Shown piece by piece: positions 1-10,740 of a stretch of DNA of 64,000 nt (position 1 is the stretch's first letter; the number at the start of each line of letters is the position of its first letter). Under the pieces are notes generated by a model. It saw only the letters and a list, made by a program, of their open reading frames with translations, had not been told where the DNA came from and made no database searches. This DNA is from Candidatus Poribacteria bacterium (GTDB lineage: Bacteria > Poribacteria > WGA-4E > JAJDTR01): contig CBDCTK010000002.1 of assembly GCA_965222225.1 (NCBI GenBank), positions 1,472,001 to 1,536,000 on the forward strand, written 5' to 3'. The position numbers were made by a program, and so were the translations under genes.

Positions 1-239
1 AAAAACCATTTCTGGAGAGGTATCTTGGTACCATGGAAGATGGTTCCTGCTGTAGCCGAAAAGCTAGATTCACAATCGTAGCAATTCCAACCAGTAGTAA
101 TGTCGTTTTTGTTCTTGCGTCCAACTTTTTCACTGCCACAGTGGATACAGCAAACACCGTCCTTCCAACGTTTTTCCTCTATAAATCTGAGACAAGATTC
201 TTGATTTGGAAACTCTTTCATAAGATTCAAAATGTCCAT
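1..239 (-). CDS. IS1595-family transposase, N-terminal zinc-ribbon part (runs off the window edge; absent from ORF track)
   Basis: Manual translation from ATG at 239: MDILNLMKEFPNQESCLRFIEEKRWKDGVCCIHCGS...WNCYDCESSFSATAGTIFHGTKIPLQKWF, the typical IS1595 Zn-ribbon N-terminus. AGGAG RBS at 246-250. Confidence 0.85.
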   Translation of the reverse strand, partial: MDILNLMKEFPNQESCLRFIEEKRWKDGVCCIHCGSEKVGRKNKNDITTGWNCYDCESSFSATAGTIFHGTKIPLQKWF

Positions 240-474
240 AGCAAACTCCTACGAGAAGAATAGTCACTATGGACATCTACGTGTGACGAAAAGATTTACG
301 ACAGGGTACCAAGTTTTATGTTTGTCGTCAGTCTAAAAGCTACAAGCTACTAATTCCGTATCCTTTTGATTTGCCGAGACATAACGTGCAAATCTGGGAG
401 CATCAGTAGATCAATAGAATGGTAGGATTGCTCAACCCGTATAGTTTTGTAAAAAGTCGAGCTAAGACTACGGT

Positions 475-2742
475 TCACATCGTCGGCGGCTTCGGGAAGG
501 GCCAATCTCCATTTGCCGAAGTTGTGTCGGATGTTTCAAGCCCAATCGCTTCTTCCTTTTTTTCAAATGCCCCGCGAATCCGGCTGCCGAGGTGGCTGTT
601 CCTTTCAACAACCTTGTTGTTACGGAGGGCAATACCAAGCGCCTCTTTCGTTCCAACGATGACAACTAGCTCCTTTGCCCGAGTGATTGCAGTATAAAGC
701 AGGTTGCGCTGAAGCATCATATAGTGTTGTGTCAGTAACGGTATAACAACAGCGGGATATTCGCTGCCTTGGGCCTTGTGGACAGTGGTGGCATACGCCA
801 AGACTAACTCATTCAAATCTGCTATGTCATAGCGAACAACCTTTTCGGGAAACGAAATTAAGACCTGTTTTTCAATCGGGTCCACGCTGGAAATGCGGCC
901 AATATCGCCATTGAACACCTCGTAATCGTAGTTGTTGCGGACCTGCATCACTTTATCGCCAACCCAAAAATTCCGTTCACCCCTTACCGTTTCAGCCAAA
1001 TCCGTATTTAGTGTCTCTTGTAGTCTCCTATTAAGATTGTCCGTGCCGACTGTGCTGCGACGCATCGGACAGAGCACTTGGATATCGTCCATCGGATGAT
1101 AGTCGTAGTGTTTAGGCAAACGATCTCGCACCAAGTTACAAATACAGGTGACAACTTCCTCCGGATCGGCCTCCTCAATGAAGAAAAAATTACGGTCTGA
1201 TGGTCCCGTGACTTTAGGGTGTCTACCCCGATTAACCCGATGGGCATTGGTCACAATCAAGCTTTCCTGAGCTTGTCGAAAAATCTCCATCAATCTTACA
1301 ACCGTAATTTTGTCGGACGCAATAAGATCTTTAAGGACATTTCCTGCCCCGACTGACGGTAGTTGATCTACATCGCCGATAAAAATGAGCATGGCTTCTG
1401 ATGGGACTGCCTTTAGAAAGTTGTTCATCAACACGAGATCTAACATTGAGATTTCGTCGATGATGACCGCGTCCGTTTCCAGCGGATTTTCCGCATTCCG
1501 TTTGAAGCCGTTCTCCTGCGGTGAAAACTCTAGAAGGCGATGAATGGTTTTCGCTTCGCGCTTTGTTGTTTCACTTAAACGTTTCGCGGCGCGTCCCGTT
1601 GGCGCGGCTAAGGTAATTCGTCTTCCGAGTTGCTCGAACAAGTAGATAATCCCGATTGTCGTCGTCGTTTTCCCCGTCCCTGGACCACCCGTCAAGATCA
1701 TCGCTCGCGAAGTCAATGCTTTCCTGATTGCTTCTCGCTGATTTGCCGCAAATGACATTCCCATCTTAGTTTCGAGTTGTGTAATGGAATGATCTAAAAA
1801 ACCCGGATTATACTGAGCGGTCGGGTATTTCAAGAGTCGTGAAAGATTATTCACCACGCCAATCTCAGAATAATAAAAGGGTGCAAGGTATACGGCTTCC
1901 TCAGCCTCAGTCGGTACGGGAATTCCCAAATTCTCGGGGATAATCTCTTCATTGACAGCTAACACTGCTATCCCGTTCTCGATTGCCTCAGTAGAGAGAC
2001 CCAATATCTCTTGCGACGCAGCAATCAACTCATGACGATACAGGAAGACATGGCCATCGTCCGCCTTCTGACTCAGGACGTATTTCAAACCGGCTTTGAC
2101 GCGATGCGGCGATTCATTGTCCATTCCCAGCTTTTCTGCGATCGTATCGGCTGTTTTAAACCCGATTCCGTAAATGTCATCTGCAAGGCGATATGGGTTT
2201 TCGCGGACAATCGGCACGGAGTCGCTCTGATAGGTTTTATAGATTTTAGCTGCATGGGTGGTGCTCACATTATGAGACTGCAAAAAGAGCATTACGTTCT
2301 TGACTTCCCGCTGTGCTTCCCACGCCTCCATAATCATATTAACCCGCTTCTTCCCAATTCCTTGTACCTGCATCATCTTTTTAGGCGTGCTCTCAATCAC
2401 ATCCATTGTTTCCATACCGAAGCAATTGACGATTCGCCCCGCCATTACAGGCCCAATTCCTTTAATTAGACCAGAGCCTAAGTATTTCCTCATACCCACG
2501 ACCGTGGCGGGCAGAACTGTTTCATATCCTTCAATCTGAAACTGTTTGCCGTATTTTGGATTGTTGGTCCAAATCCCTTTGAGAAGCATGCTTTCACCGG
2601 CATTGGCGGACGCGAGGTTACCTACAACCGTAATCAATTCATTCGGGTATTCACGCGAGGAGAGCCTTCCTATCGTGTAACCTGTTTCGGCATTTTCGAA
2701 AACGATTCGTTCTAGAATACCTTGAAGTGCTTCCATGGACAA
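475..2742 (-). CDS. recD2: ATP-dependent RecD2 (RecD/TraA-like) helicase
   Basis: N-terminal HhH region (LGSGLIKGIGP), Walker A GGPGTGKTT, IIDEISM, GDVDQLPSVG, YATTVHKAQGSEY. Start may be the ATG at 2736. Confidence 0.95.
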   Translation of the reverse strand: MSMEALQGILERIVFENAETGYTIGRLSSREYPNELITVVGNLASANAGESMLLKGIWTNNPKYGKQFQIEGYETVLPATVVGMRKYLGSGLIKGIGPVMAGRIVNCFGMETMDVIESTPKKMMQVQGIGKKRVNMIMEAWEAQREVKNVMLFLQSHNVSTTHAAKIYKTYQSDSVPIVRENPYRLADDIYGIGFKTADTIAEKLGMDNESPHRVKAGLKYVLSQKADDGHVFLYRHELIAASQEILGLSTEAIENGIAVLAVNEEIIPENLGIPVPTEAEEAVYLAPFYYSEIGVVNNLSRLLKYPTAQYNPGFLDHSITQLETKMGMSFAANQREAIRKALTSRAMILTGGPGTGKTTTTIGIIYLFEQLGRRITLAAPTGRAAKRLSETTKREAKTIHRLLEFSPQENGFKRNAENPLETDAVIIDEISMLDLVLMNNFLKAVPSEAMLIFIGDVDQLPSVGAGNVLKDLIASDKITVVRLMEIFRQAQESLIVTNAHRVNRGRHPKVTGPSDRNFFFIEEADPEEVVTCICNLVRDRLPKHYDYHPMDDIQVLCPMRRSTVGTDNLNRRLQETLNTDLAETVRGERNFWVGDKVMQVRNNYDYEVFNGDIGRISSVDPIEKQVLISFPEKVVRYDIADLNELVLAYATTVHKAQGSEYPAVVIPLLTQHYMMLQRNLLYTAITRAKELVVIVGTKEALGIALRNNKVVERNSHLGSRIRGAFEKKEEAIGLETSDTTSANGDWPFPKPPTM

Positions 2743-3717
2743 AAGACCTGGTCTACAAGTTTATGAGTTTGTTCAAGCGTTAGCGACTAAATCCACGTCT
2801 TGGCGCTTTCTCTGCTATGAATATACAACTCCGCTATTTATGCCGTAGCTGTTAGGTTATTGCCTTTTGAATTCGATAATTGAATTGCCCCACAGAAATT
2901 TACGTTAAGAGTTGGGTAGACCTCTAAACACTGCTAATCCCCCAAATGAATACGTTTATAGCGCTGTTCAAATGCCTGTTGGCCGCCTTCCAGAATATCG
3001 CATATTGCTTTCCGAACCTGTTTGTTTTGAATGCTAGACATGTGTCGTACAAGGGTCTCACGGTCTACCATCTCAAGTGGCAAAACCATCTCCGCATCGC
3101 CATTCACTACGATGTTGGCATTGTGCGTGGCGACGATAACCTGCCTTCGGCTTTTCGATTTCCTCAACTGTTCGACAATCAAATTGTAGATTAGCTCATT
3201 GTCTAGGTCGTCCTCAGGTTGGTCCAACAAGAGAGGCTCCTCTCCATACGATAAAATAAACGCTAACAACGCCGCTGTCTTTTGACCTGGTGATCCCTGC
3301 TCTATTCGTTGGCGGTTCTCGCCAAAGGTAACTTCCAGAGCATCCTTGGGAAACCATAACATACAATTGTCGATTGACTCGTCTGTTATTGACTCGTCTG
3401 TTAATGATTTCAAATAACTGGCGAACCGGGTATCTTGGGCATCCCTGTCTCCGTTGAGAATGCCCTGGATTGCAATTTTGAGATTTACAATTCGCTTGTT
3501 CCAGTTCTTGTGATAGATTTTCTTGAATTCTTCAATATCCTTGTCGAATCGCCCTTTACAATTTAGTATACGACGCATTTCTTTCTCTACGCCATCCCAA
3601 TCTTCGCCTAGAGTCTTGACCTTGATGCTAACCGCCGGATTGTCGCGCAAAACATTGCAAAGGAATTTTCGCCGCTTTTCCGAGAGTTTTGTCCTGTTGT
3701 CTTCAATTTGATCTAGC

Positions 3718-4761
3718 TAGGAGTTACGCAGTTGAGTGAAAATAGGTTATAATTTGAGTATGAATCCCCCTAAATATACTGACACTGACTATATTGATTT
3801 CTTGGTAGCCGCTCAGAAAAGTTACAGTTGTCTTGAATCGGAAAAAGTTCAACCCCAAGCTGATAATCCTCCGGCTCACGATTCGATAACACGGCTCTTG
3901 CATCGAGAGGAACCCGATACTGGCAAACTGTGGCAAGAATCGAGAAATCAGGTGAAATTAGAATCCGGAATTTTAGTTATAGATGACTCGACTCTGGATA
4001 AACCTTATTCACAAAAGATTGAACTCGTGACAAAACACTGGTCAGGGAAACACCACCGAGTTGTGAATGGGATTAACTTGGTCACTTTGCTCTGGACGGA
4101 TGGCGATAGACATATTCCGTGTGATTATCGAATCTATGATAAAGCCAAAGACGGCTTGACGAAGAATGAGCATTTCCGCGCCATGCTTGAAGAAGCGAAA
4201 ACACGCGGTTTTGCTCCTGAATGTGTGTGTTTTGATAGTTGGTATGCCAGTCTAAAGAATCTAAAAGCGGTGCGAGGTCATGGTTGGAAGTGGCTTACTC
4301 GTCTAGCTGCCAACCGACTTGTCAGTAAAGATTATTCCGGTAACCGTCCGGTGAGTACGCTTCCGAGTGAATCAACAGGTACAATTGTCCATCTCAAAGG
4401 CTATGGATTGATTCGAGTATTTAAGGTTGACACTCCAGAAGGTGACATTGAATATTGGGCAACGAATGATTTACAGATGGACGAATTGACGCGTCTCAAA
4501 TATGCCGAATGGTCTTGGACAATAGAAGAATATCATCGCGGGATTAAGCAATTTGTTGGCATTGAACGCGCACAAGTGCGCTCTGCTCGCACTCAAAGAA
4601 ATCATATCGGTTTAGCGCTGAGAGCCTTTCTGAGAATTGAGCACTATTGCTATCATACCGGTATCAGTTGGTTTGATGCAAAACTCTCTATTGTCAGAGA
4701 TGCGGTACGGGCTTATTTGGCACAACCTCTTTATACGCTTCAGCCAACTGCGTAACTCCTA
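3718..4761 (+). mobile_element. IS701-family insertion sequence, complete
   Basis: Perfect 17-bp terminal inverted repeats TAGGAGTTACGCAGTTG (3718-3734 / 4745-4761). Flanking direct repeat CTAGC (3713-3717 / 4762-4766), also readable as a 4-bp CTAG duplication with the left end at 3717. Confidence 0.95.
3760..4755 (+). CDS. IS701-family DDE transposase
   Basis: LVIDDSTLDKPY, HWSGKHH, FDSWY, WTIEEYHRGIKQ motifs. Stop codon lies inside the right inverted repeat. Confidence 0.93.
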   Translation: MNPPKYTDTDYIDFLVAAQKSYSCLESEKVQPQADNPPAHDSITRLLHREEPDTGKLWQESRNQVKLESGILVIDDSTLDKPYSQKIELVTKHWSGKHHRVVNGINLVTLLWTDGDRHIPCDYRIYDKAKDGLTKNEHFRAMLEEAKTRGFAPECVCFDSWYASLKNLKAVRGHGWKWLTRLAANRLVSKDYSGNRPVSTLPSESTGTIVHLKGYGLIRVFKVDTPEGDIEYWATNDLQMDELTRLKYAEWSWTIEEYHRGIKQFVGIERAQVRSARTQRNHIGLALRAFLRIEHYCYHTGISWFDAKLSIVRDAVRAYLAQPLYTLQPTA

Positions 4762-6624
4762 CTAGCAACGCTTTTTTGTTGTCTTCTAACTTTTTGGCTC
4801 GAGATTTGAATTCGAAAATACTGTCCAAATCCTTCTGAATATCCTCTCGTTGCTTTAATAGTTGGGAATATTTGTCTGGATCTATGCCTTGAAGTTCAAG
4901 CTCAGAGGATAATGACTCGTACTGCTTCATGTCTGACTCAAGTCCTTGCATCCAGACAGCGGCATTCTTTTCAGTTTGCCATTGAGTAATTACCAACATG
5001 GCTTCTTGTGCCAATTCGTCTAATTTATCGCTAATGCCACGCCATTTCTCATTTGCTTTTCTCAGATCCGGCAATATGTCGGGATGCTCTGAAAAATTTT
5101 CTTCTCTGAACTGTGCCGGGGCAATTTCGTCTTTCATCTTCGAAAGACGAAGACTCATCGTTCGCCACTGTGTTTCCACGTTCTCAAACTCGGTTACTTG
5201 TTCCTGACGTTTTCGGTATTTTTGCAACAGTTTCTCATGCCCCGATCCTTCAATATGTTTAATCTGACTCGCGAGGTCGTTTGACTTCCCTAGAAGCTCG
5301 TTCTCCCGATTGATTTTTCTCGTCGCCTCCGTCAATTCATTTGTAGTTTTCTTGTATTCGCCAACCAACCTTTTGTATTCCTCATCACTCGTGTCCCAAT
5401 CCACCTCAGGAGCTTTATCAATAATATCAAGCAGTGCACTCGGCTCGTTGGCAATATCGAAAATCTGTTTCTGGCTATAAATGTACGCCGGAAAAAGCGA
5501 AGTTATCTCACCGCGACAACTCCTCCAATCACCATCTTCATGCTTTTCCAAAGACGCAGGGACAGGGGACGCGGCGTTCCATTGCAAACGATAGCGCGTA
5601 CCATGCCTTCGGTAAATTAACCGAATTCTGCTTTCTTCTGTCAAGAGGGCATCATCCTCTATATTGTAGTACCGACCATTTTCCTGTTGCATTGAATCTG
5701 GCAGATCTTTAACGCGCTCTAGGACTAATCGCATGAACTCTAGTATGGTGGTTTTGCCACTGCCACGCCCTCCAATAATAGTGTTGAGAAATGGGCTTAA
5801 TTGGAACCTAAGTGGGTCGGTATGTCCAATGTGTTTTGACTTGGAAATCTCCAATTCTTCGACAAAGTATGATGGAGGTTCGTTCGGGCTGTCGTCCATA
5901 TTTCGCTTCACAGATACAACACCATCTCTCAGAGCAAGTTCTAATCCATCTATGGAAGGGGTGTCCATCTTTATCCAAGTAAACGTGCCGAACGTACTAC
6001 CGCTAAAACTGTGGGTGTCGGATCCTTTGACTTCAGTCCATCTCAGTTTTTTGTCCGTGTATATTTGGGGTTTCGGGGAACTTTCCTCGCACAACTCCAT
6101 GGCGTAAGTGTTTTCGTTGTTCAACGACTGCTCTAGCGTTGGGCCCCTAACTTGAAACAGACCCTTTGTCTTGTCGACATGGGCAGGAATAGCGATACCG
6201 CCTCGTTTACAAATCTCATTAAGAACTTCAATAAGGCTTTTGTTCGTTACTGTGTCGCTATGTCCTTTTCGGCCCGGGTAATCTACGGCTCCTATCAATT
6301 GATCGATATAGCCCCGATCCCTTTCACACCCGAATATCGCTAAAATATGAACATCGCCGTGGGCCGATATCTCTACGCCTGGAAACAGATAAAGAGGTCG
6401 GTACCATTCGGGTTTGGTTTTTTCTATGTGATTTAATGCCTGCTTCAAGTCATCTATCCAGTCGCCCGAGTTATGGTCCGTAATTGCTACGCAATCAATT
6501 TCCTGCGCCATAAACGCTTTTAACCAACATTCAGGCTCAACGTTGTCCTTGAAGTCATGAGAAACAGGAGTGTGAGTGTGAAAGTCGAATTTCCACCACC
6601 GTGCCCCCACAAATTGATGTTTGT

Positions 6625-6895
6625 TCATATTACTACCTCCAATACAGTTTCGGTATCTCCAGAACCGTAAAACGGCTTATCCTTTTCCAAGCGTTCGTCA
6701 TTGCTCCATCTTATCTCTGAATAATGAAACGGGGGTAATTTCTTCTGATTTTTTGTCTTTACAGATATGTTAGGTTTTGAATTGTCGTCTTCAAATAATT
6801 GAATTGGCGTGTGCAAACGCTTCCCCCAAACAGCATTGTTGAGCGCTCAATTATCGGACACCGCACCAAGCGAGTTCTCAATATTTTGAAGAGTT
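6625..6895 (-). pseudogene. Probable 3' remnant of a gene formerly coupled to the PHP-ATPase gene
   Basis: Its stop overlaps the ATPase ATG (ATGA at 6625-6628). The frame continues upstream past one in-frame TGA and has no good start. Confidence 0.35.
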
Positions 6896-7152
6896 CAAAC
6901 TTAATCCAACTTGTCAGATATTCCGTCGTGCATCTCATTCATTGCAGTCGGAAGGAAGGGGGTATATTAACATGTTCAATGGTGTTTCGTCTAATTTTTG
7001 ACTTTACGTGAAACGCAGTCACTAGGTATAATGCAAATAGCGCGAAATCGGGAGATATGTTTCGCTTGATGGCAACCAGAAATCGCGATTAGCCGATGGA
7101 ATCTTAATGTTCAACATATTCTCGGGATTGTCAATTGCAATACCTGACCTGA

Positions 7153-7740
7153 TTGGCTTGGTTCACTACATTTGCCAATAGTTGTGGCTGTAGGACCTTC
7201 CGTTTCTGGATCGAAGAAGTTGGTTGGAGATTCAAGGAGGATATCATCTGGGAAAAACCAATTTCAAGATATAAGAGATCCGGTGTTTTGATGCGGCATC
7301 CATATCCCGGCTACTACTACCCAAGCTTGGTCGCGGAATATGTGTTTGTATTCCAGAAACCAGCGGCGACGAAAAAGCATTTCAACATATATTGGAATCG
7401 AAGTCCTGCCGAGAAAGCCGCAAACGAAATTGACATGTCGGACTATCAGGGCGAAAAAAGCAAGAACGTCTGGAAGATTCGTCAGTTAGCTCCACAACAA
7501 AACCTCCATCCCTGTCCATTTCCGCTGGAGCTTGCAGAAAGGGTAATTGAACTGTATTCGAATAAAGGAGATTCAGTCATAGACATCTTTGCTGGAAGCG
7601 GGCAAACAAACTGCGCTGCAGAAAAACTAGGACGAAAACATCTCGGTATTGAAACTCAACAGAAGCACATTGATTATGCGGTACAGCAACTTAATCAAGT
7701 TTTGGCACAGCTAGAGTTATTTGATTCAAATCACGCATGA
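7153..7740 (+). pseudogene. N4/N6 DNA methyltransferase, 5'-truncated
   Basis: IIWEK, HPCPFP, DIFAGSG (motif I) present. The catalytic (D/S)PPY motif IV expected N-terminally in beta-class enzymes is missing. Confidence 0.75.
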
Positions 7741-8827
7741 AAGGTTGTTTGATGAATATTTACGCCGACCTTACCGAAGTAACGTATACGCCGACCCTTT
7801 GCTCTAGTCTAAAACACTTTCCCATAGACCAACTTCCGTTGGCGCTGCCAAATAACGCAACCTTTCTCTTGACGATTGATTCGGCAAACCAACTCGCTGT
7901 CAGTTGGTGGGTTACTCCGAAAAGGACAAGGTCGTATCCTTACGCGAGAGTTTATGATACCTTAGGTTTTTCTGGTAAGAAGGTTAACATAGTACCCTTT
8001 ATGAAGGACGAATATGAAGGACGAAGATCGGGACTTTGTGCAATGGGACACCATCTGTTTAATGAGTCTGTTGGACGTATATGTCGTGATAGCTTACTAT
8101 GACGATGCCACAAAGAACATCAAATACAACGATAAAATAACTCAACAGAGATTCAATACAGAACATATCGTCAATGAAATCGCCCAGCTTTTATCCTACC
8201 AATCTGATGCTTTACACTGGAATTTATCGCGCGTTGATGATATCGCGGGGATCGGTCAAATGGCATTAGACGCGTATACTGCAATTTCACACAAACTCGA
8301 TGTTGAAATGACCTCATGGGAAAGTGCTCACCATCGAATTACGAACCTGCGCCAAAACAAAGAGCATTTTATGCAATACTCAAGAAAACTGGCAAAGCAA
8401 GCACAAACAAGAGAAAGTCTAACCATTCAGCCAAAAGAACTCTTAACTGGCATCAAAGCAACGTTGACCATACAGAATTTTCTCGGAGGTTGTTACTATT
8501 GGACCTGTGACGAGGTTGAAATTCATGGCAACCAAATGCATTTGATTGAAGGGAAGCACTCTTAGGAAAGCAAAACTGCCATCAGATGGTGACACTAAAG
8601 ATGCACTGCTGAAAATGATGCTATTTGCGAATTTGGAAAACCTTAGAGTTGGAGCGAAACAATACATTCCTATACCAATTGTGAAACTGACGACAGCCCC
8701 TGGTCTGAGTCTAAAATCCCAAAGTGCCAAAATGAAATCGAAGCTACGAAAGCTATGGCACGAATCACACATTAACGGGTTCCGGGTTTCCATCAATGGA
8801 GAATATCTGACCTTACATTCCATGTGA
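7737..8827 (+). pseudogene. Type II restriction endonuclease-like gene split by two frameshifts
   Basis: Three overlapping ORFs read as one protein: WVTPKRTRSYPYARVYDTL...KDE / DRDFVQWDT...TCDEV...LIEGKH / LPS..D.KD.LLKM. PD-(D/E)xK-like core. ATGA overlap with the MTase. Shifts near 8013 and 8563. Confidence 0.7.
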
Positions 8828-9023
8828 TGGATATTATCAGGCTACGCAGTGATTGCAGATAATAGTTGCTCTCTGGAACTTCATCCCTTGTCACGTGAGA
8901 GAATTCCGTTGAATATATCCTCATTGTCTTGAATTATTTTGTCCTTTGGTGTGTCGCATCCTCGGGCCCATACGGATAAGTTAACAGTGTTCTTCTGGCC
9001 GCCTTAGAAAATCTTTACCTCCG

Positions 9024-10256
9024 TTATTCAAGCGTCGTCATCAACTTCTTGAATGCGTTCAATTGCGGTTGAATGATATGTGGCTCCCCAACTTTCGCAT
9101 CAAGGGCTTCAATTGTTTTCAATCCGTTGCCGGTGATGCCAACAACGATTCGGTCTTCTCGCCCGATATGCCCACTCTCAATGAGTTTCTTCGTCACGGC
9201 GAGAGTCACACCTCCCGCGGTTTCAGTAAAGATTCCTTCGGTAGCAGCGAGGAATTTAATCGCTTCAACAATCTCTTCATCCGTAGCGTACTCTCCCTGT
9301 CCGCCCGATTCGCGAACCGTGGAGACAGCGTAGATGCCATCGGCGGGATTCCCTATTGCAAGGGACTTTGCGATTGTGTCCGGCTTGACCGGCTTTACAA
9401 AGTCTCCATCCTCCTTAAGCGTGGCAACGATTGGTCCGCAACCCTCAGCCTGAGCCACATGAATTTTTGTCTTCGGTTCGTCGATTAAACCCAAGAGATG
9501 GAATTCTTTCAACGATTTCTTGGCTTTTGTAACGAGTGAACCTCCCGCTGCAGGTAGAATGAGGTGATCGGGAGCTTCCCAGCCGAGTTGCTCAATTAGT
9601 TCGAAGCAGAGCGTTTTCGAGCCTTCCGCATAGAACGGACGGAGGTTAATATTTGCGAATGCCCAAGGATATACACCGGCGATTTCACTACACAAACGGT
9701 TGACATCATCGTAATTGCCTGTGATGCCCACGACGGTCGGCGCGTAAACCAGTGACGCAATCACTTTGCCAAGTTCAAGGTCCGCAGGGATAAAGATGTA
9801 GCAGTTAAGGTTTGCAATCGCAGCCTGTGCCGCAACCGAATTCGCCAAGTTTCCTGTTGATGCACACGACACCGTGTCAAATCCAAACTCTTTTGACTTG
9901 CTTAGTGCGACTGCGACAACCCGATCTTTGAAGGAAAGCGTAGGATGACAGACAGAATCGTCCTTGATATAGAGTTCTTTGACTCCAAGGGCGTCTTCCA
10001 GATTCCTTGCACGGATAAGTGGCGTAAACCCTGAATTTAAACCGTCTGTGGGTTCTCCATCTATCGGTAGCAAGTCCGCATATCGCCACAAGCTGTCGGG
10101 ACCATCCTCGATCGATTTGCGAGAGATTGATTTTCGGATAACCTCATAATCGTAGTCTACCTCAAGCGGGCCAAAACAGAACTCGCACACATGCAAAGGT
10201 TCTTTCGGGTACTGGCGTTCACATTCTCGACACTTGAGTCCAATGACCTTCTCCAT
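9024..10256 (-). CDS. thrC: Threonine synthase family PLP enzyme
   Basis: N-terminal CxxC..CxxC, PTLSFKDR (PLP lysine), ASTGN, EGSKT, ITGNGLK. GGAGG RBS before the ATG at 10256. Confidence 0.9.
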   Translation of the reverse strand: MEKVIGLKCRECERQYPKEPLHVCEFCFGPLEVDYDYEVIRKSISRKSIEDGPDSLWRYADLLPIDGEPTDGLNSGFTPLIRARNLEDALGVKELYIKDDSVCHPTLSFKDRVVAVALSKSKEFGFDTVSCASTGNLANSVAAQAAIANLNCYIFIPADLELGKVIASLVYAPTVVGITGNYDDVNRLCSEIAGVYPWAFANINLRPFYAEGSKTLCFELIEQLGWEAPDHLILPAAGGSLVTKAKKSLKEFHLLGLIDEPKTKIHVAQAEGCGPIVATLKEDGDFVKPVKPDTIAKSLAIGNPADGIYAVSTVRESGGQGEYATDEEIVEAIKFLAATEGIFTETAGGVTLAVTKKLIESGHIGREDRIVVGITGNGLKTIEALDAKVGEPHIIQPQLNAFKKLMTTLE

Positions 10257-10282
10257 ATTTTTCCTCCACTGTTTATCAATAT

Positions 10283-10319
10283 AAAAAAAGCCTACTATCA
10301 CAGGGTTGCGATAATAGGC
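10283..10319 (-). terminator. Intrinsic terminator in the thrC 5' leader
   Basis: Minus-strand RNA GCCUAUUAUCGCA-ACCC-UGUGAUAGUAGGC-U7: 13-bp stem whose two G-U pairs form only on this strand. Confidence 0.8.
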
Positions 10320-10740
10320 AATCTCGCGAAAAATATATCTCTAACTTAATCTCGAACCCCCTATCTCTGTCTGGACAAGAAATACCGGTATCACCGTCGC
10401 GAGATTAGCACATCGCATAATCGTATAAGTATAATTCCAATAAGTGACGTGTTGTTCAGGTAACGCGAGGTTTGAGAGACTAGCGTATAATTTTATCCTC
10501 TCCGATGTCCGATAAAATCGCTTCCACATACTCCCTGCTGTTGTACGAAACTTTCCAAGTATTTTGGGAAATCTAGGTTCCTCCGTGCCGCCTGTAGCAG
10601 ACGGTATAAAGATGAGGAGTTTGCAATCTTGCTCACCTTGAGGTTGCCGCAACCGCACAAATTCTAGCATAAGTTCCTGGTAGAGGCAAACGAAAATAAA
10701 ACATCCCAAGTGAGCATAAATAATTTATGCCGTTATCCAT

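Larger units (their letters stand above)
2934..6628 (-). pseudogene. PHP phosphoesterase + ABC/SMC-type ATPase fusion (Ppl/TrlF-like defence protein), interrupted by IS701
   Basis: 5' part has PHP motifs DFHTHTP, ITDHN, GVEIS, AHVD, GSDTH and Walker A GGRGSGKTT. 3' part has SPGQK, LLLDQPEDDLDN, ATHNAN. Removing the IS and one target copy gives an uninterrupted 881-aa frame (...KKALL-DQIEDNR...). Confidence 0.9.

Noticed and set aside
33-263. 76-aa plus-strand ORF
   Set aside because: Antisense to the IS1595 transposase start.
4694-4761. C-terminal tail of the 644-aa ORF as a genuine protein end
   Set aside because: It is read-through into the IS701 right end; the true frame continues at 3712.
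10380-10400. T-box riboswitch (GGTGATACCG on the minus strand)
   Set aside because: It lacks the UGGN needed to pair with tRNA NCCA and is too far from the terminator; no specifier stem is recognisable.
10341-10709. 122-aa ORF as a gene or Thr leader peptide
   Set aside because: No RBS or family signal and no Thr/Ile codon run; it overlaps the structured leader.
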